A stretch of 64,000 nt of DNA from Balanoglossus misakiensis (taxonomy: Eukaryota; Animalia; Hemichordata): the NCBI GenBank assembly GCA_040954595.2, contig CM082577.2:17501500-17565499 (forward strand), read 5' to 3'. Below, one piece after another: positions 24,620 through 38,800 of the stretch. Made by a program: the position numbers and the translations under genes. Position 1 is the first letter of the stretch. Each line of letters starts with the position of its first letter. The notes beneath the pieces are model-generated. The model saw only the letters and a program-made list of their open reading frames with translations. It did not search any database and was not told the origin of the DNA.

Positions 24620-26327
24620 CTATGGCAATAAACCAAGATACTGCATTATTTGGGTACACAACCAAGATGGTAGCCATGCTTGCTTCAGAAGTGCGTACTC
24701 TATAAATCCTAAAATCATCCCAGCAACGATATCAATGATGTGATGCCTCCCAAGTAGCAAGCGTGACATACACACAGCAAGTGACCACAATGTGAGAAGT
24801 ATGTACATGAACAGAGATGGCAATGTTACTTCGCAGATGAAAAAAGCTAACAACATACAAACTCTAGAACTATGGCCAGACGGAAATGAGAAGTGGTCTA
24901 CTGAGACAGTGGCAAACATATCCATTTTGTTACTTTGGGGTCTTGGTCTTCGTACTAACATCTTGATTGAAGCTGTTATGAGTAAATCCAGCATTACACC
25001 TGTCAAGTGAAATAATTTCAAATTAATACATATCTTACTTTTTTTACTTAAAAATATAATGAAGATTTCATCAAACAGTGGAAAATTTAACATGTTTTAA
25101 TGTCCATCCTCACTTCGTAAATGTAGAAACCCAGAGTTCAGACCATCCACCCTCACCTATATAACTTCACACATCCAACAAATCCAAATCAAAGCCCCCT
25201 GACAGCCATGCACAAACACCTGAACTGAATGACCATGGGTGAGGACTTGTTGGAGCAAACAACTATGTAATCCTTTTAGGAAGAGGTAGAAATCAAAATT
25301 GCAATGTTTTGGGGGATGTTGAGAATGCAGATCATTTCTCTGAAATGACTCGATAGTCTGAGATAAAAAAAAACACATGGGCTGTATAACTCTGAAATTG
25401 AAACTCAAAATGTCTACCAATTTGCTCAGATATTCTAACTGGTCAGATTATATCAGAGTACATTCAATTCAGTTGAGTACAAGTATCCTATACACATATA
25501 CTAATTCAAACTATGTCAACCATTTTAGCAGTATGTATTATGTATATTAGATGCAGCTTAGTAGCTCCTGGAGATTTTTATCGCCTAAACACAAAAATCT
25601 CCAGAAAAAATCTGGAGCTACTGAATTGCAGCTATATCATTATGTATATGTGTGTGTCAATGTGCATGTGTCAATATAGCTCTGCGTGGCCCTGCCACGC
25701 AGAGCTAGTGTCAATGTGCTTGAGTTTCATAATCACCAGTAGTATATGTGCGTGTATATGTCTGTGTGTGAGCATGCATGCATGCACATATCCCAAAACT
25801 ACCATTTTTTCCAGAGAATGGGTATACCCTCACAAGTTTGCATGCCTAATGGTTCCACTTCCAGTGGCAATAGCCATTCTGACCCCCCCCCCCCAAAAAA
25901 AAAAGGTGTTCTGATGCATGACGCATGAGCGGTTTAATTATTACTATGGTCAAGTTAGCTATAAATTACCTGATAGAAGATTTACTGTTATTTCTGTATG
26001 GGTTATATCACTATCAACGCCACACATCCAAATGTAACAAAATGGTAATATCAGCCAGATTACACCATGTCCACTTATTTCCAGTAATTTCATATATGGC
26101 CGTAGAAAACCATACTTTGAGTCTGTCTCTGCGCATATGCTTAAATATTCAGTCCACTTCACATCTAAGTCGATTAGACTGTTCAAATGACTCCCGTCGC
26201 GACCTTGTTCTGTTCCTTCCTCCGTTGTGGATGTGCCCGTGGATGTGCTGGGATTCGATTGAGATTCTTGGTTTGCACGACGTCGCCTTGTTTGTGCAGT
26301 CGTGAGAATTACATTGGTATCTGCCAT
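24620..26327 (-). CDS. PLPP6: PAP2-family polyisoprenoid diphosphate phosphatase, PLPP6/PLPP7 (PPAPDC2/3) type, 2 exons, ~245 aa
   Basis: Exons 26327-25970 and 24999-24620 (738 nt). Motifs MKLLEISGHGVIW, C1 KMLVRRPRP, NKMDMFATVSVDHFSFPSGH (C2) and C3 SRLLLGRHHIID are intact, as in catalytic PLPP6. Confidence 0.9.
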
Positions 26328-26695
26328 TCTTGAGAAGAGGGGTTGAACATCGAATTTCTGGTTACAATAAGTTATGGTGACGACATTTTGTGGAGCGACA
26401 TGGACAGGCCGAGCTTGTACGTCGATCTGTTCAAGAATCAAGATATGACAAGATACAGTGATTCACCTATCCCTACATGTCCTATGGATCACCTTTCGGA
26501 TTAGCGCCCCCTATGGACATGGGACACAGATCAGCGCAGCCAGCGGCAAGATTTGGTAAGGAGGGTCACGAAAGGTCAAAGGTAATATTGTGAATGATGC
26601 GACGTGCAAGATCAGCAAACGTCGACACGAATTTTATCAAATTTTGTACGTTGGTGTTCAAGATGTCATTCGATCCTGGTGTATGTTTAAAACAG
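26328..26695. promoter_or_regulatory. Putative bidirectional promoter for PLPP6 and TECPR1, including a likely non-coding first exon of TECPR1
   Basis: CpG-richer than flanks. CAG|GTAAGC donor at 26695/26696; acceptor TTTGTTTACAG near 27746 upstream of the TECPR1 ATG; GGGTCA-cgaa-AGGTCA-a-AGGTAA at 26563-26585; CTCF-like TAGCGCCCCCTATGG near 26502. Confidence 0.55.
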
Positions 26696-27850
26696 GTAAG
26701 CTACTGATGTATGCAGTGGATTAGTAATAGAAGATTGGCTGGGAGTGGGTGCAATGAGCTGAAGAGTAGCGCAGGTTTTCCAGGTGATGGGGGGGGGGGG
26801 GGGGGCGTATAAACCAAAAACTTCTTTTGCCGTACAACCAATATTACATGTATTCCGGGTAAAACCTCGAGCTAAAGTACTGCAGCTTGGGTACAACTTG
26901 ATCAAGGATCAGCGACACTGGCCTGTCAACTGAATTGAAGTAACAACGCCTTTACTATAAATTACTGTGTTGAAATTTTTCCAAATATCCCCCTTGTCAT
27001 GCTCCATGGTTGTACTTAACTACATGTATATTGTTTTGTTGCAACAGGTCAGGTGCATTAATTTGTTACAGCACATTGCTTACACAGTATACATGTACGT
27101 CATTAAAACCGACATCTTGTTCATAGAAATAATCACAGGAACAAACAGTCCCCTTTCTAAATTCTAGATCATATTTTGTTGACATGTTTTTTTGTCAAGC
27201 AAGTTGTTGTGATAGCCCTATGGTTATGGTTGTGCAGCCCAGATTTGTTAGGTGGTGCAGCCATATCTGGACACAAGTAGCCTAGGGCCATGTACATTAT
27301 ACTGGGGTATGTTGGGGAATCACTATTAAAATCAGTTACTTTACTAAATGCCAATCCTTGGTAGTAGTACGTTAGTAAATTTGTGAGCATTTTGCCCCTT
27401 TTATTAATTATCATTACATGTATAACACATGTATGTATTATTATTAACCTGTGGGGTTCTATTGCACCATACATTTCCATGGCAAGACTTTGATCTAGTG
27501 TGGTTGTCTCCCGTCCTTCTCAGAGTAGTTAGGGGCTGTGGTTGTTGAATAGAAATGTATTGTGTTTTCTGCTTTCATGCAATAACTGAGGTTCCCATGT
27601 CAGGGGAGTCATGCAAGCATCGTTCTCAACAGATCAAACCCAGCTGTGTCTTTGTCCATTGGACCACATCTGAAAATGCTTGCTTACGATCAGTAGAATT
27701 TAAATACATGTAAGATGGTAATGTTATTCTATTTGTTTGTTTACAGCCACATCCAATGATATGATGACAAACCACGACACCGCATCAACAACAACAAAAA
27801 ATGCATCCTGTGAATTATCTATTCAAGAGTTGCTTTGATCTTCTGTAACC

Positions 27851-29776
27851 ATGTCAACCAGCTATCTGTGGGGTGTGGACATCTTTGGCAACACCTACTT
27901 ATTGTCCACCAATGGACAATACTGGCAAGAGTTGAAAGGTCAACAACTGGAGATGAAGAGAGTATCTGCAGTGCAGCAGTGTGCCTGGGGACTTGGTTGT
28001 GATCATCAAGTCTATGTGTATGTACATGCCACTGATGTACCATTGAGATTACAAGTCAAAACATTTGAAAATCAGGTACACAAAAAATTGTCATTATTAT
28101 TATGAATACAGAATGATGCTAGTTTACGTAAGTCACTGTTGATTTTACTTATGGAATTTATAGATTGCACTCTGCCTGTTTGTTTATATATACATTGTAT
28201 GTCCTTCTGCCTGTCTGTGCATATGTTATGTCCAGAGGCATCATTTCAATCTGATTGGAGTCATTGCATTCAAACTTGACTCAATGACATGCGTTTCCTG
28301 TATGGCGTACACTTGGGGAAAAGGTTCGGATTGTGGAGAGAGACGAATGGCCAGGAAATGAGACGAGATGCACATTGGTGTTGTTACGAAATTCAAGTCT
28401 GTTTTATTACAACGAAAGAAAGCTATATATACATTTACATGTTGATGAACCTTGACTTATGTTCACACCCTGATATTGAAAGTTTCACACTTGACAGTGG
28501 ACTTGGTGATTGACGTCATGCAGGTAGCAAGAACGCCCATACAGAATTTACATGACTGACAGACCATTGAGAATTCGTGGGCGGAGCCCAATATACAAAC
28601 ATTTCCATCATATTGTATCACAATATGTTGCTTCCAGAAGATCAATCAGTCTGTTATGATTGTTTTTCATGTCCGGAATCAAGTTTCTAACCTTTATGAA
28701 CGAATTTCACTCAAAGTCAAAGGGACAAAATATAACATACACATGTAAATTTGCTGTTTTCATGATATCTGGAAGGAATTTCTTCCGTTAATTTGTCAAT
28801 GTCTTATTGTCATTGTAGGCATTGTTATGTATATCACTATATGGTTATAAATCTGTAGGTGGGACTGTGTTATTGATAATGACTTGGTCTCAAGAAATAT
28901 CTGATTACAATAAAGACAATACCTTACACTCACTGTCAACTGTCCAATGTGATAAACCTATATTAGTGAGCCTATTTGCCAAACAATACTTTATGAATGC
29001 CAATGCTGACTAACACAAAAATAAGGGATCAAAACACTAAATATTTCATGCTATTCCTGTCCACAGAGATGGAATCCAGTTGATGGCTTTACTGCAAAGA
29101 AGATGCTCTTGCATGACAGGTGGGCTTGGAGTAACGAAAATGGCACAAGGGAATGTCGTAAAAGTAGTTTTCAGCTTCCTTCTGAGAACTGGAGCTGGGA
29201 AAGTGACTGGTGTGTGGATGAAAATATCCAAGGAAATCTGACAGGCAAAGGGGTATGGTGAATCCTCTTTCCTCAAATCTGCTTTAATCTTTAAGCCCAA
29301 ATGGCCTGCTAGTTTTCACATATTTTTTTATTTAACGATAAAATACTTCAATCTTCTCCCTGTCAATGTGTCATTTAAAATCATTATTACCCGTATTTGC
29401 ATTAGTTTGTCATTTCTTGGTGATGCATACTACAATAGAATACAACCAGCAACAATGTCTGATGTGTTCTGTTAACAGGGATGGCAGTATGCAGTGAATT
29501 TTAAACGTCGTTATGTGGCCGACAAGAAATGGAATTCCTGTGTAAGGCGAAGAAAATGGATTCGATATAAGCGATATCATGCTTTTGATTCATGGGCCAG
29601 GGTAAGCAACATATGATCAATTCATGGGCCAGGGTAAGCAACATATGATCAATTCATGGGCCAGGGTAAGCAACATATGATCAATTCATGGGCCAGGGTA
29701 AGCAACATATGATAAAAAGATACATTTGCCAAAGACAGAAAAATCAAAGCAGCTAAGGGACCGTTCAGTTTTTCGG

Positions 29777-29811
<35 letters not shown>

Positions 29812-32800
29812 AAATCCAGGGGGGGTCACTTAAATTTTGAAGTCCACAAGGGGGGGTCATCTGTTTTTTTTAAACTTTTAGGGGGGGGTCACATACTTTT
29901 GCCACCGAACCTTTGGTTTTGAGTCCACAAAATTGCAGTTTCGCACCCTTTATTTTACAAAATTTTCTAATGTGGGAGGGGGACACCCCACACCCACCCC
30001 CTCCATTCTTCGCCACATTGCATTTATTCACTGGTTTGTCTAATGTACCAGGGAAGACTTCTTGCCACCCCACCCCGATGCTTAATTTGAGTGGAGTGGC
30101 AAAATTAAAATTGGTCCTCCCTAACATTGAGTTAATTTGCTTTTGAGTTCATTAAATTGCAACTTTGAGCACCGTATTTTACAAAATTTTCTTATGTGGG
30201 AGGGGGACACCCACGCCCACCCCTGCCACTTTTCTTGTTTTACCAATTTTAGCAACTATTGTATTGACTTGTCATTTTAATTTGTTCATAGATTTCTTTA
30301 TTGCAACGATATACTATTATATACAATGTACTTCAATAATACCCAATTCCCAATATTTAGCAGATCACTGCAGCGTGTATGTTCGCACTTAGCATATTGT
30401 TGTTGGAACAGTTTAATGTGTATTCATTTGACATCAATAAAATTAGATAAACATACATGTATACAGGCCATGTTTTCAGCAAAATACTTGGCATTTTAGT
30501 ATTTTGTACAGTGAGCGAGAAACTATTGTTCATACTAGGAACCAAAGGAGCCTATAATTACAGCAACTTGACCTTGAATGTATATAAACAGGACAAACCC
30601 TCATACATTTACTCTATTTTTCTAAATTCTTCTGTAGATAGAGAGTCCCTTTTATGATGCATTGCAAGAACCATTTATGGACATTGCTGTGGGTGGATAT
30701 GACTTACCTGGTCAGCCTCATGGTTATCTTGTGGTCTGGGCTGTAACTGTACTTGGACGGGTAAGCTTTTATAAATATATATGTTGCTGAATAGACAATA
30801 TAGGTCAAAGGTCACACTGAATGCTTTTTGTTTGTGTTGAACAATCCCAGCTTAATGGCATGCCATAAATTGAGCTTTTGGCATTATTGGATGAAAAGCG
30901 TTACAATCTAATATAGGAATCCATGCAAGAGTTTGAAATAATCAACAATTGAGAAAGAAAGGAAATGATTACTCAATAATCAAAGAAGAGGTAAAAACAT
31001 CAAAATAAATTCCTCTCATGCTGCATTGAATCTATGTACAATGTACATGTTATTATAAATTTTGTTGGGGGTATTGTCAGATGATTTTTTTCATTTAAAA
31101 AATCTAGAAAGGTGGTGTTTTTTTATTAATGATCATTTTATTCATTCCATCCAAACATTACAAAACGGATTTAACATTTAAAAAGTAAAACACAGATAAG
31201 TATTAATTAAGACATCAAAAAGCCTTCCCATTTTTTCTAAGCAATTTCGCTATTAATTTCGTTCTCAGACCTCATCTGGCATATCAATTCTTCTTTGAAA
31301 AGAGAAAATACACAGAAATTCTTAGCCCATGGCCTTGTTTGGTCAGATTAACCATGATTGATAAATTTAAACATTGCAATTACGATGACATGGTTATCAA
31401 AATCATCATTTCCAATTGTCAAATCTTTAAATGACAGGTCTACAAGTATAAATCAGATTACTGACTTTCTTTCAGAAAGTTTTAAGGTGTAGGCAATTCC
31501 AAAACGTGTTTCTGGGTTCCTGCAGTGCTACAAAGTCTACGCAAATTACTATTTGACTTTTTCCATTTTCTGTATGCAAAAATTTATATATCAGGACAGA
31601 AAGTCATCTTTCCTTTGTTAAACCAATAGTTCTTGAGATCCAGATTTTCTCCCAATCGACACTGAAGTTGTACATTCTGTTCCACAAATTTCTTGTTGAT
31701 TAAGATTTTATAATGATTTTTAACCTTAATTTTATCGCCGATCACTATCTTCTGACATTTTGACAAAACAGTTACATAAAAACTGAAAAGTTACATTTTG
31801 TGTTCAGTTAGTGTTGACCACATTGGTACAGTGTGCTGTCCAGAGAAAGGTGTTTATGTTCATACAGTTGTTACACTCAAATCACAAGTGGTATGAGTGT
31901 GATGGGAATACTTCCATGACAATAATTATTCAAAGTATAAATTCACATTCAATATCACTGGAATTTGAATTCATTTAATAGCTAAAACTAAGGTGTCATT
32001 TTTTTTGTAACCTTTTTAAAACTGAAAATTAGGGTGTGGTGATTATTGTATGACCTTTCAATACTTATACAAATATTGTGAAAAATTAGAACTCGGAAAG
32101 GGATCTCCACATTCAGTCATTCAAACCTGTGCATTCCTGTACAAGTAAGCTTTGCTATTCAGACTTGTGCAAATTGTCATCTGTTGAGCAAATGTACATG
32201 TAATTGTTCAGACAAATATAAATACATGTAATGGACATACAATGTAGGAAAGTACACATTGAAAATATAACATACAATTGGACCATCTCAAAATATAACA
32301 GTAAGATATAAGGACTGTTTAAAATACAGTTTTGGAGATGTCATTTATAGTGGCACATATATTTGTGGCAGATCTTTGTGCGACATGGTATCCATAGCAA
32401 CTGTCCTGAAGGCACTCATTGGGAGGAAGTATTCACAGATGATGACAAAGAAGTGATACAGCTGTCGGTTGGACCAAGAGGAAATGTCTGGGCAGTATTA
32501 TGGGATGGAATGGCCGCCGTCAGATGTGGTTATTCCAGGGATCATCCAATAGGTAAGATACACAGCAGAGATGACACACAGGGTGGCTGTGTAATACATT
32601 AAAATGGAGCAAAAGATTTCAGACATCATCAGATTTGTGAATCTTACAAATATGAAGAATAAATACATTGACGTTTACCTCAACTGTATAATTCTTGCAG
32701 GCTTTACCCATACATTCATACATGAATAAGTAGGACTCCTAGTAGGAGGAAAATAAATCACAACTTGCTTATTGATAAGTCAAAAGAGGACATTATTGCA

Positions 32801-35800
32801 GTAGACACGAGAACCGAGCCAAATTATGATAGAGGAAAGATGTAGCAAGACTGTTTGTGGTGTATGTACATGTAAGCATTGTTTAACATTGTAGTTTTCT
32901 GTCTTGTCTCCAGGCAAAGAATGGTCATATGTATGTGCCCCCGAGAATTGCATATTAGCCACAGTTTCTGTTGGAACCAAAGCTGTGTGGGCAACTACCA
33001 GAGATGGTAAAGTAAGTGACAGTCATTGAAAGCGAGTTCCAAATAAACTGTCTCTTGCTTTTGTTGTTTGACAACATGAAGTTAACAAATGAGTCGGTAA
33101 AATTCCAACTATATTCTGACACTTAAAACAATCTTTATTTCTTAGAACACCCAGGAGTTTAATAATTAAGCAATAAAACACCCCCAGCCATGGTATACCA
33201 CGAGATTTTGACCAGTCACGACATATACGCACGAGCGATAGCGAGTGCGTATATGGAGTTGAACTGGTCCAAATCGAGTGGTATACCATGGCTGGGGTGT
33301 TTTATTGCTATTATATTATATCAACAATTGTTTTTGTGGCATATCAGTGTCATTTTCTTACCGAAACGGCATCAGAAAGAGAAATTACGATCGTGAACCA
33401 ACATGGCGACGATGAATGTAAACACGAGCGGCCGGGATCGAGCATTAAACATGAAGCAGACGACAAAAAGTGACAAGACGGGCATCGCTCGTGGCAAAGT
33501 GACAAATATTTCCACAGAGCAGTTCCAAAATAAAACGTCCGTTAATTCAACAGTATTTTTGTTTTATTTATTTGGTTTAAACACGCGCGACTGTGGTTTA
33601 ACCGCACATTTTTGCTGTCGTATGCTACTTCAGGGGCCCGTTTTACCACTGCCAGCAGTGCATTATGAGTATTTTAGCATCGCTGGATTGAGCTCTCGTC
33701 CAATATCAGAATTGCAGACGGTAGCATGATATAATATAATGCTATATATAATCTGACAGCACTTTGGGAAATTGTGTGAAATGGTGCTAATTTTGTGTGT
33801 ATGAACTGAAATTCAATTAGCATACCATCTCTACTTGCCAATGTTTGTCACCAGCAATTATTCTCGTTCTCATGGTTCTTTCACAAAATTGTGCTTTCCA
33901 AATAGCTTCTTTTTTTTTTGAAGGGGGGGGGGATTTTCAGTAGTGCAAAATTCATCAAGAAAGCCTGTCAGATCCTATCACTTGTTGGGTTGTATTTGTG
34001 TCTGACTGCACCCTGCTTGTGGAGGAGAAGCATAGTTTCAGTTCAGATTGTCAGAACTGGCAGAAGTAGTTAGTAAAATGTTGAAATATATATATAGTAT
34101 TTGAGTGTCATCATTGGGGGCTCTTATATAGTTACTATTATTTTACTAGCGTGGACATGTAGGCTTGCCATAGCAAAATGAGTCAACTCTTGTTTTATTT
34201 GTAGAGAAACAAAAGACTAAAAATAGCGTCAAGGACACTGTGGTCCCATTTGAGGATTACGCAGAAATAGGGATACGCCAGAATAAAAATTACAGGTGAC
34301 ATTGCAAGCAGATATGATCTAATCATATAGAAATATGGAATGAAAAAAATTAACAAGGAAAATGCCCAATAAGCTGTCATGTGTCATGGCAGTCTTACAA
34401 GTGGTGCTAGAAAAATTTATTTTTGACCCAAAATTGTCTGTACAAACACATATGACTAGCAACTTCTTTCAGTCAGCCCTGGAACAGACACAAAGACAGA
34501 CAAATACGCTCACTGACCTGCCACTGGTAATTCAAAATTTAATAGCTGGTGGTCTCTAACAGCTGGCCTATTAAAGTTATGTAAACATGTCTAAGTTTGG
34601 GGTAACAACTCCTTGTAAATAGTAACTTTAAAAACAACTGGACAATTGGTTTAGGAGAAGATTTGCTAACCAAAAACAAAGAAACTTACAAAAAACTCCC
34701 AAATATTGAATGTGTCTGACATCCGCATTGAATAAAAGTAGCACATATACATGTATGTGTTATGAAATCGTATCCTAAATTTTAAAGCAATCAGAAAACA
34801 ATCTTTTTCAAAGCAATCTAACAAGCAGTTTCACAGAAAATATTTGTTCAAAAGTGGCAAAATCACCAAAATTTTACAATATCTTACTTCAATCACTACA
34901 AGGAACATGCAATGTGACAAGTGGTTTCAGAGAATACAATTTTTGACAGAAATTGCAAAAATTTCCCCAATAACACATTTATACAAATATCAGAATTTTT
35001 TCAACAACATCTTACTTAGGTTGAACATGCCTACCAAATTGCAAAGCAATCTGGCATGCAGTTTTAGAGAAAAAAAATGTTTGACCAAAAATGGCAAAAA
35101 TTGCTCAAAATTATAAATATGCAAAGTTTACAACAATTTCAACAAAACTATGGTAACTCAGACAACATATAGGAAGCTTCACAATAAATTTCGAAGTCAG
35201 CCTATCCACATTCAGAATTGAAGATGTTTTACCAATAATCTTGAATAATACAAAAAAACTGCATAAAAAATCGAAAATCGATAATATTAACTCAAAACAT
35301 ACAGGACTGTATGAGGTTGACATAAGGTACATGCATACCAATTTTCAAATCAATCTGACGAGTGGTTGTTGAGTTTTGACAAATTTCACATTTTCCCAGC
35401 TAATTTGCCATCTACAGCCCGGCCTGCATCTACACACCAAATATCGAGGTTATACGCGCAGCGGTTTTCAGGTTTTTGATGTGGACGGACATACAGACAT
35501 ACATCCATCCATCCATACATACATCCATACATACATACAGACGCAACCGATCCCATAAGGTCCCATGGTATATACCTATACAAATGGGACCTAAAAAACA
35601 TACATAAAAATAAAATGTTATATTTACAACAGTTGTGTATTTCTTTCTTTTTAATGGTAACTGTCTTAGGTGTGGTTTCGGAAAGGATTCAACTCACTCC
35701 AAGCAGAGAATGACAGTTTTTCAGCCCTTGGTGTTGGATGGGTCGAGATGGTTGGTACTATGAGTCAGGTATCTGTTGGACCAAATGATCAGGTAATATG

Positions 35801-38800
35801 ATGAATTCAGAATCTTGCATCTCTAAGTTTCTTGAGAAAGTACTCTTCCAACTCTGCCTTCTGTTTTTAAAAAGTCAACATTGATCTAGTCCATGACTTG
35901 TGTTAATCCTTTGACGACCATGATTTGGTCCAATTCCATTGTTTTCAAATGCAATTCTGGACCTGTATACATGGAAATGGGGATGAATGGGTTAAAGGGA
36001 CATTAGCTGTAACATTTATCTGTATTTGCAGTATATTTGTGCTGTTTACAAAATGCAATGTCTTGCTCTACTTCAAACAGCATGCTTAAATACCTAGTCC
36101 TCAACTTGTTTACATAGCCTGTGTGTAATGGCCATTGTTATCATTGACAAATGAATTCTAGTACAGACTTGTATTCACATTTTGCACAATAACAATGCTG
36201 ACTATACACGTATATGATAAGCTAAATGCTAGGCATTTCATGTTTCGAGAATTTGAACAAGATGGTGCACTGGATACACAAAACAAAAATACTGAAAACA
36301 TAGCGAAAAGTTACAGCTAATGGAGCTTTAAATACTTCAGTCAAGTTAGTGCATAAAGAAAGTTATAACTCAGCAATATTTTTGACGTACAGGTGTGGGG
36401 CCTTGGTTATGATGAAGACAAGAATGTCTACTTCCGGACGGGTGTTACTCCAAGTGAAGCATCAGGAAAGGAATGGAAAATCATTGAATGTAAAGAAAGG
36501 GATATGACAGAAAATTTCTGCAATAACAGCACAACCAGCCTGGTTTCATTGCTGCGTTCCATCTCCATGTCTGAAATCAACGAATGCCATCAGTCAGAGT
36601 TTACTAGGGGTCTTATTGAATCAATCAGCGATGCAAAATTGTGTTCATCTGGTAGCCACGGTGATGGCAGTAGCCATGTTGATGGTCTTTATTCTGGAGA
36701 CTCTGCAGATGTTGAGAGTGTGGACAGCCCTATTGAAAGCGAGGAGAGCAAAAAGACTGTGAAATTTTTCATGAGCACTGAAGAAACTACTGATGTTTGT
36801 CATTCAGATATTGTTGAAGCTGAGACAAGCACAACAAGCGGGTCAAAGACTCAACCAGAGCATGTACCGTATTGGCAGACGACTTTTACACATACTTCTG
36901 ATCACAACTGTGCCATTCAGGAAGAACTTACTCAGAATACTCATATGTCGTGTAGAGCTGCAGATGTTTGTGGTGAACAAGATGCAGACACTGAACTGCT
37001 TAGTAATGATGAACTTGAATCACACAATGAAAACTTGAAATTGTCAAATGAACTAGAAGAGGGAGATGCAGAGACAACTGAGCAAAACGAGAGCTGCACA
37101 TATTCTGAATCACAAACAAGCGAATCGTCTGATGTCTCAGACACAATCATCGACTTTGTGAACGACTATGACATGAGTCATGAGATCCAACTGCAACCAC
37201 GGAATAACTCTGTGTCTTTCAGGAAGAGCAAAAGTTCGGCATCAGTGAATGCCGCAAAAGATGCATTAGTCAAGTCTCGGCACAGCATGGCTTCCCTGGA
37301 AGGCACAGGAAGCCACGCAGAGGGTGGCATTGCAACAGAAGCGGCCAAATCGGATGAAACCTACGCATGCATGGATAGTTTTCATCGATCTTTGAGTGAC
37401 CTTTGTAAACATTACTCGAATGCTGAAATCTCCTGGATGGGTATCAGTGGTGGTGGCTGTATCATTGAGCCCACGGCAGTCTTGGATTGGTTCAGAGAAT
37501 CAAGACACTTGTCTCACAAAAGCAGAGGTACATGTAGAACTTTATTTTGACCACATGAATGCCAACGTTGTCATTCTGCATGTCATATACAGTGAAATCT
37601 GTCTAAACCAAATCTTGGATACAACAGGCACCTGTCAAATACAGAACATGTTCACTGTGTGTTGTTTTCCTACACAAAGATCACTTCGTGAAGTTTTCAC
37701 CAAATGCCTGCAGCTCTCACCATCCCTGGTGTGTTGATGTGGTTCCAAATTGTGCATGTTTAGTCGATTTTCTCTCTATATTGATATAGATTCTTTAAAA
37801 CAGTCAGTATCTCTTGTTTTTCCAGGTGAAATAATCAATGCATCTAGCTTGAGTTAAATACACCATAACATAATTTGACGTGGAAACTATTTCCATCTTT
37901 TCACTCCCACTGCTTTAAATCAAGAGTAACTTTTGGGATGATAGCCATAACTTTTGATATTTTTGTTTATTTTGTCCCTTTTTTGCTCTTATGTTTCAGT
38001 ATTCGATGTAAAGGTTATATTTGGGGGAAAATGTTTTATGTTTCTGTATTATATTTTAGCAAAAAGCAAATCGTCTATATACAGAAGAAAAATTGCCAAA
38101 GGTGACTGGAGAGATAAAATTGTAATACAGTTAGAAAAAAGGCAAGAAGAAGAAGTTGAGAGATTTTGTGGCTATGAACATGCCATTCAACAGGTAAGTG
38201 TACTACATATTGACCCATTCACCACTATGGTTCAGTCCAAACCCAGCTGTTTTCTATGGTAAGGTTGGATCTCTTAAGAGGGAACATGGGGTGAAAGAGT
38301 TGAAATGAGCATGGATATGCTAGGAATTATTGAGTAAGGAGGGAGTGAGTGGACATGACTCTGGAGAGAGTAGAAACTTGGATATGACTTGTTGTCATGG
38401 CATGGTTGAAGTTCCAACAGAGCACCAACTTGCCTGGTAAAATAAACTCCTCTAGTCAGAAGTTACAAGGAACAGACAGGGAAATCATGGATTCTTGTGG
38501 TTTATTCCCCAAACTATGCACAAATATGGATGTGGCAGGCTCATACAGAAATGATTTAGACTACCTGTCTGAAGATGTGGGTGTCAGTGGAGTAGGTGTC
38601 TAGGGCAAAGTCCAATCCCAGGGCCTGTACAAGTTTTCACTAAATAAAAAAACACAAAACTTAACTGGAATGACTTGTCATCTTTGACCAACAAGAGTTT
38701 GATATGGATCAATATTAATATTTGTGATGAACCATTTCAAATGTTCTACACAATGTGGATTTAATTCCAGATCCAACATCGTATACAATGTACAAGTTAA

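Noticed and set aside
26328-26441. N-terminal extension of the PLPP6 ORF
   Set aside because: It begins at a non-ATG codon; the first in-frame ATG with good context is at 26327.
29588-29713. 32-bp direct repeats as a CRISPR array
   Set aside because: Units are contiguous with no spacers, no cas genes are present, and the repeat is a eukaryotic exon-intron junction.
29755-30260. G-run-rich segment as a functional G-quadruplex element
   Set aside because: Looks like a degenerate transposon end (TAAGGGACCGTTCA...) with homopolymer runs; boundaries could not be defined.
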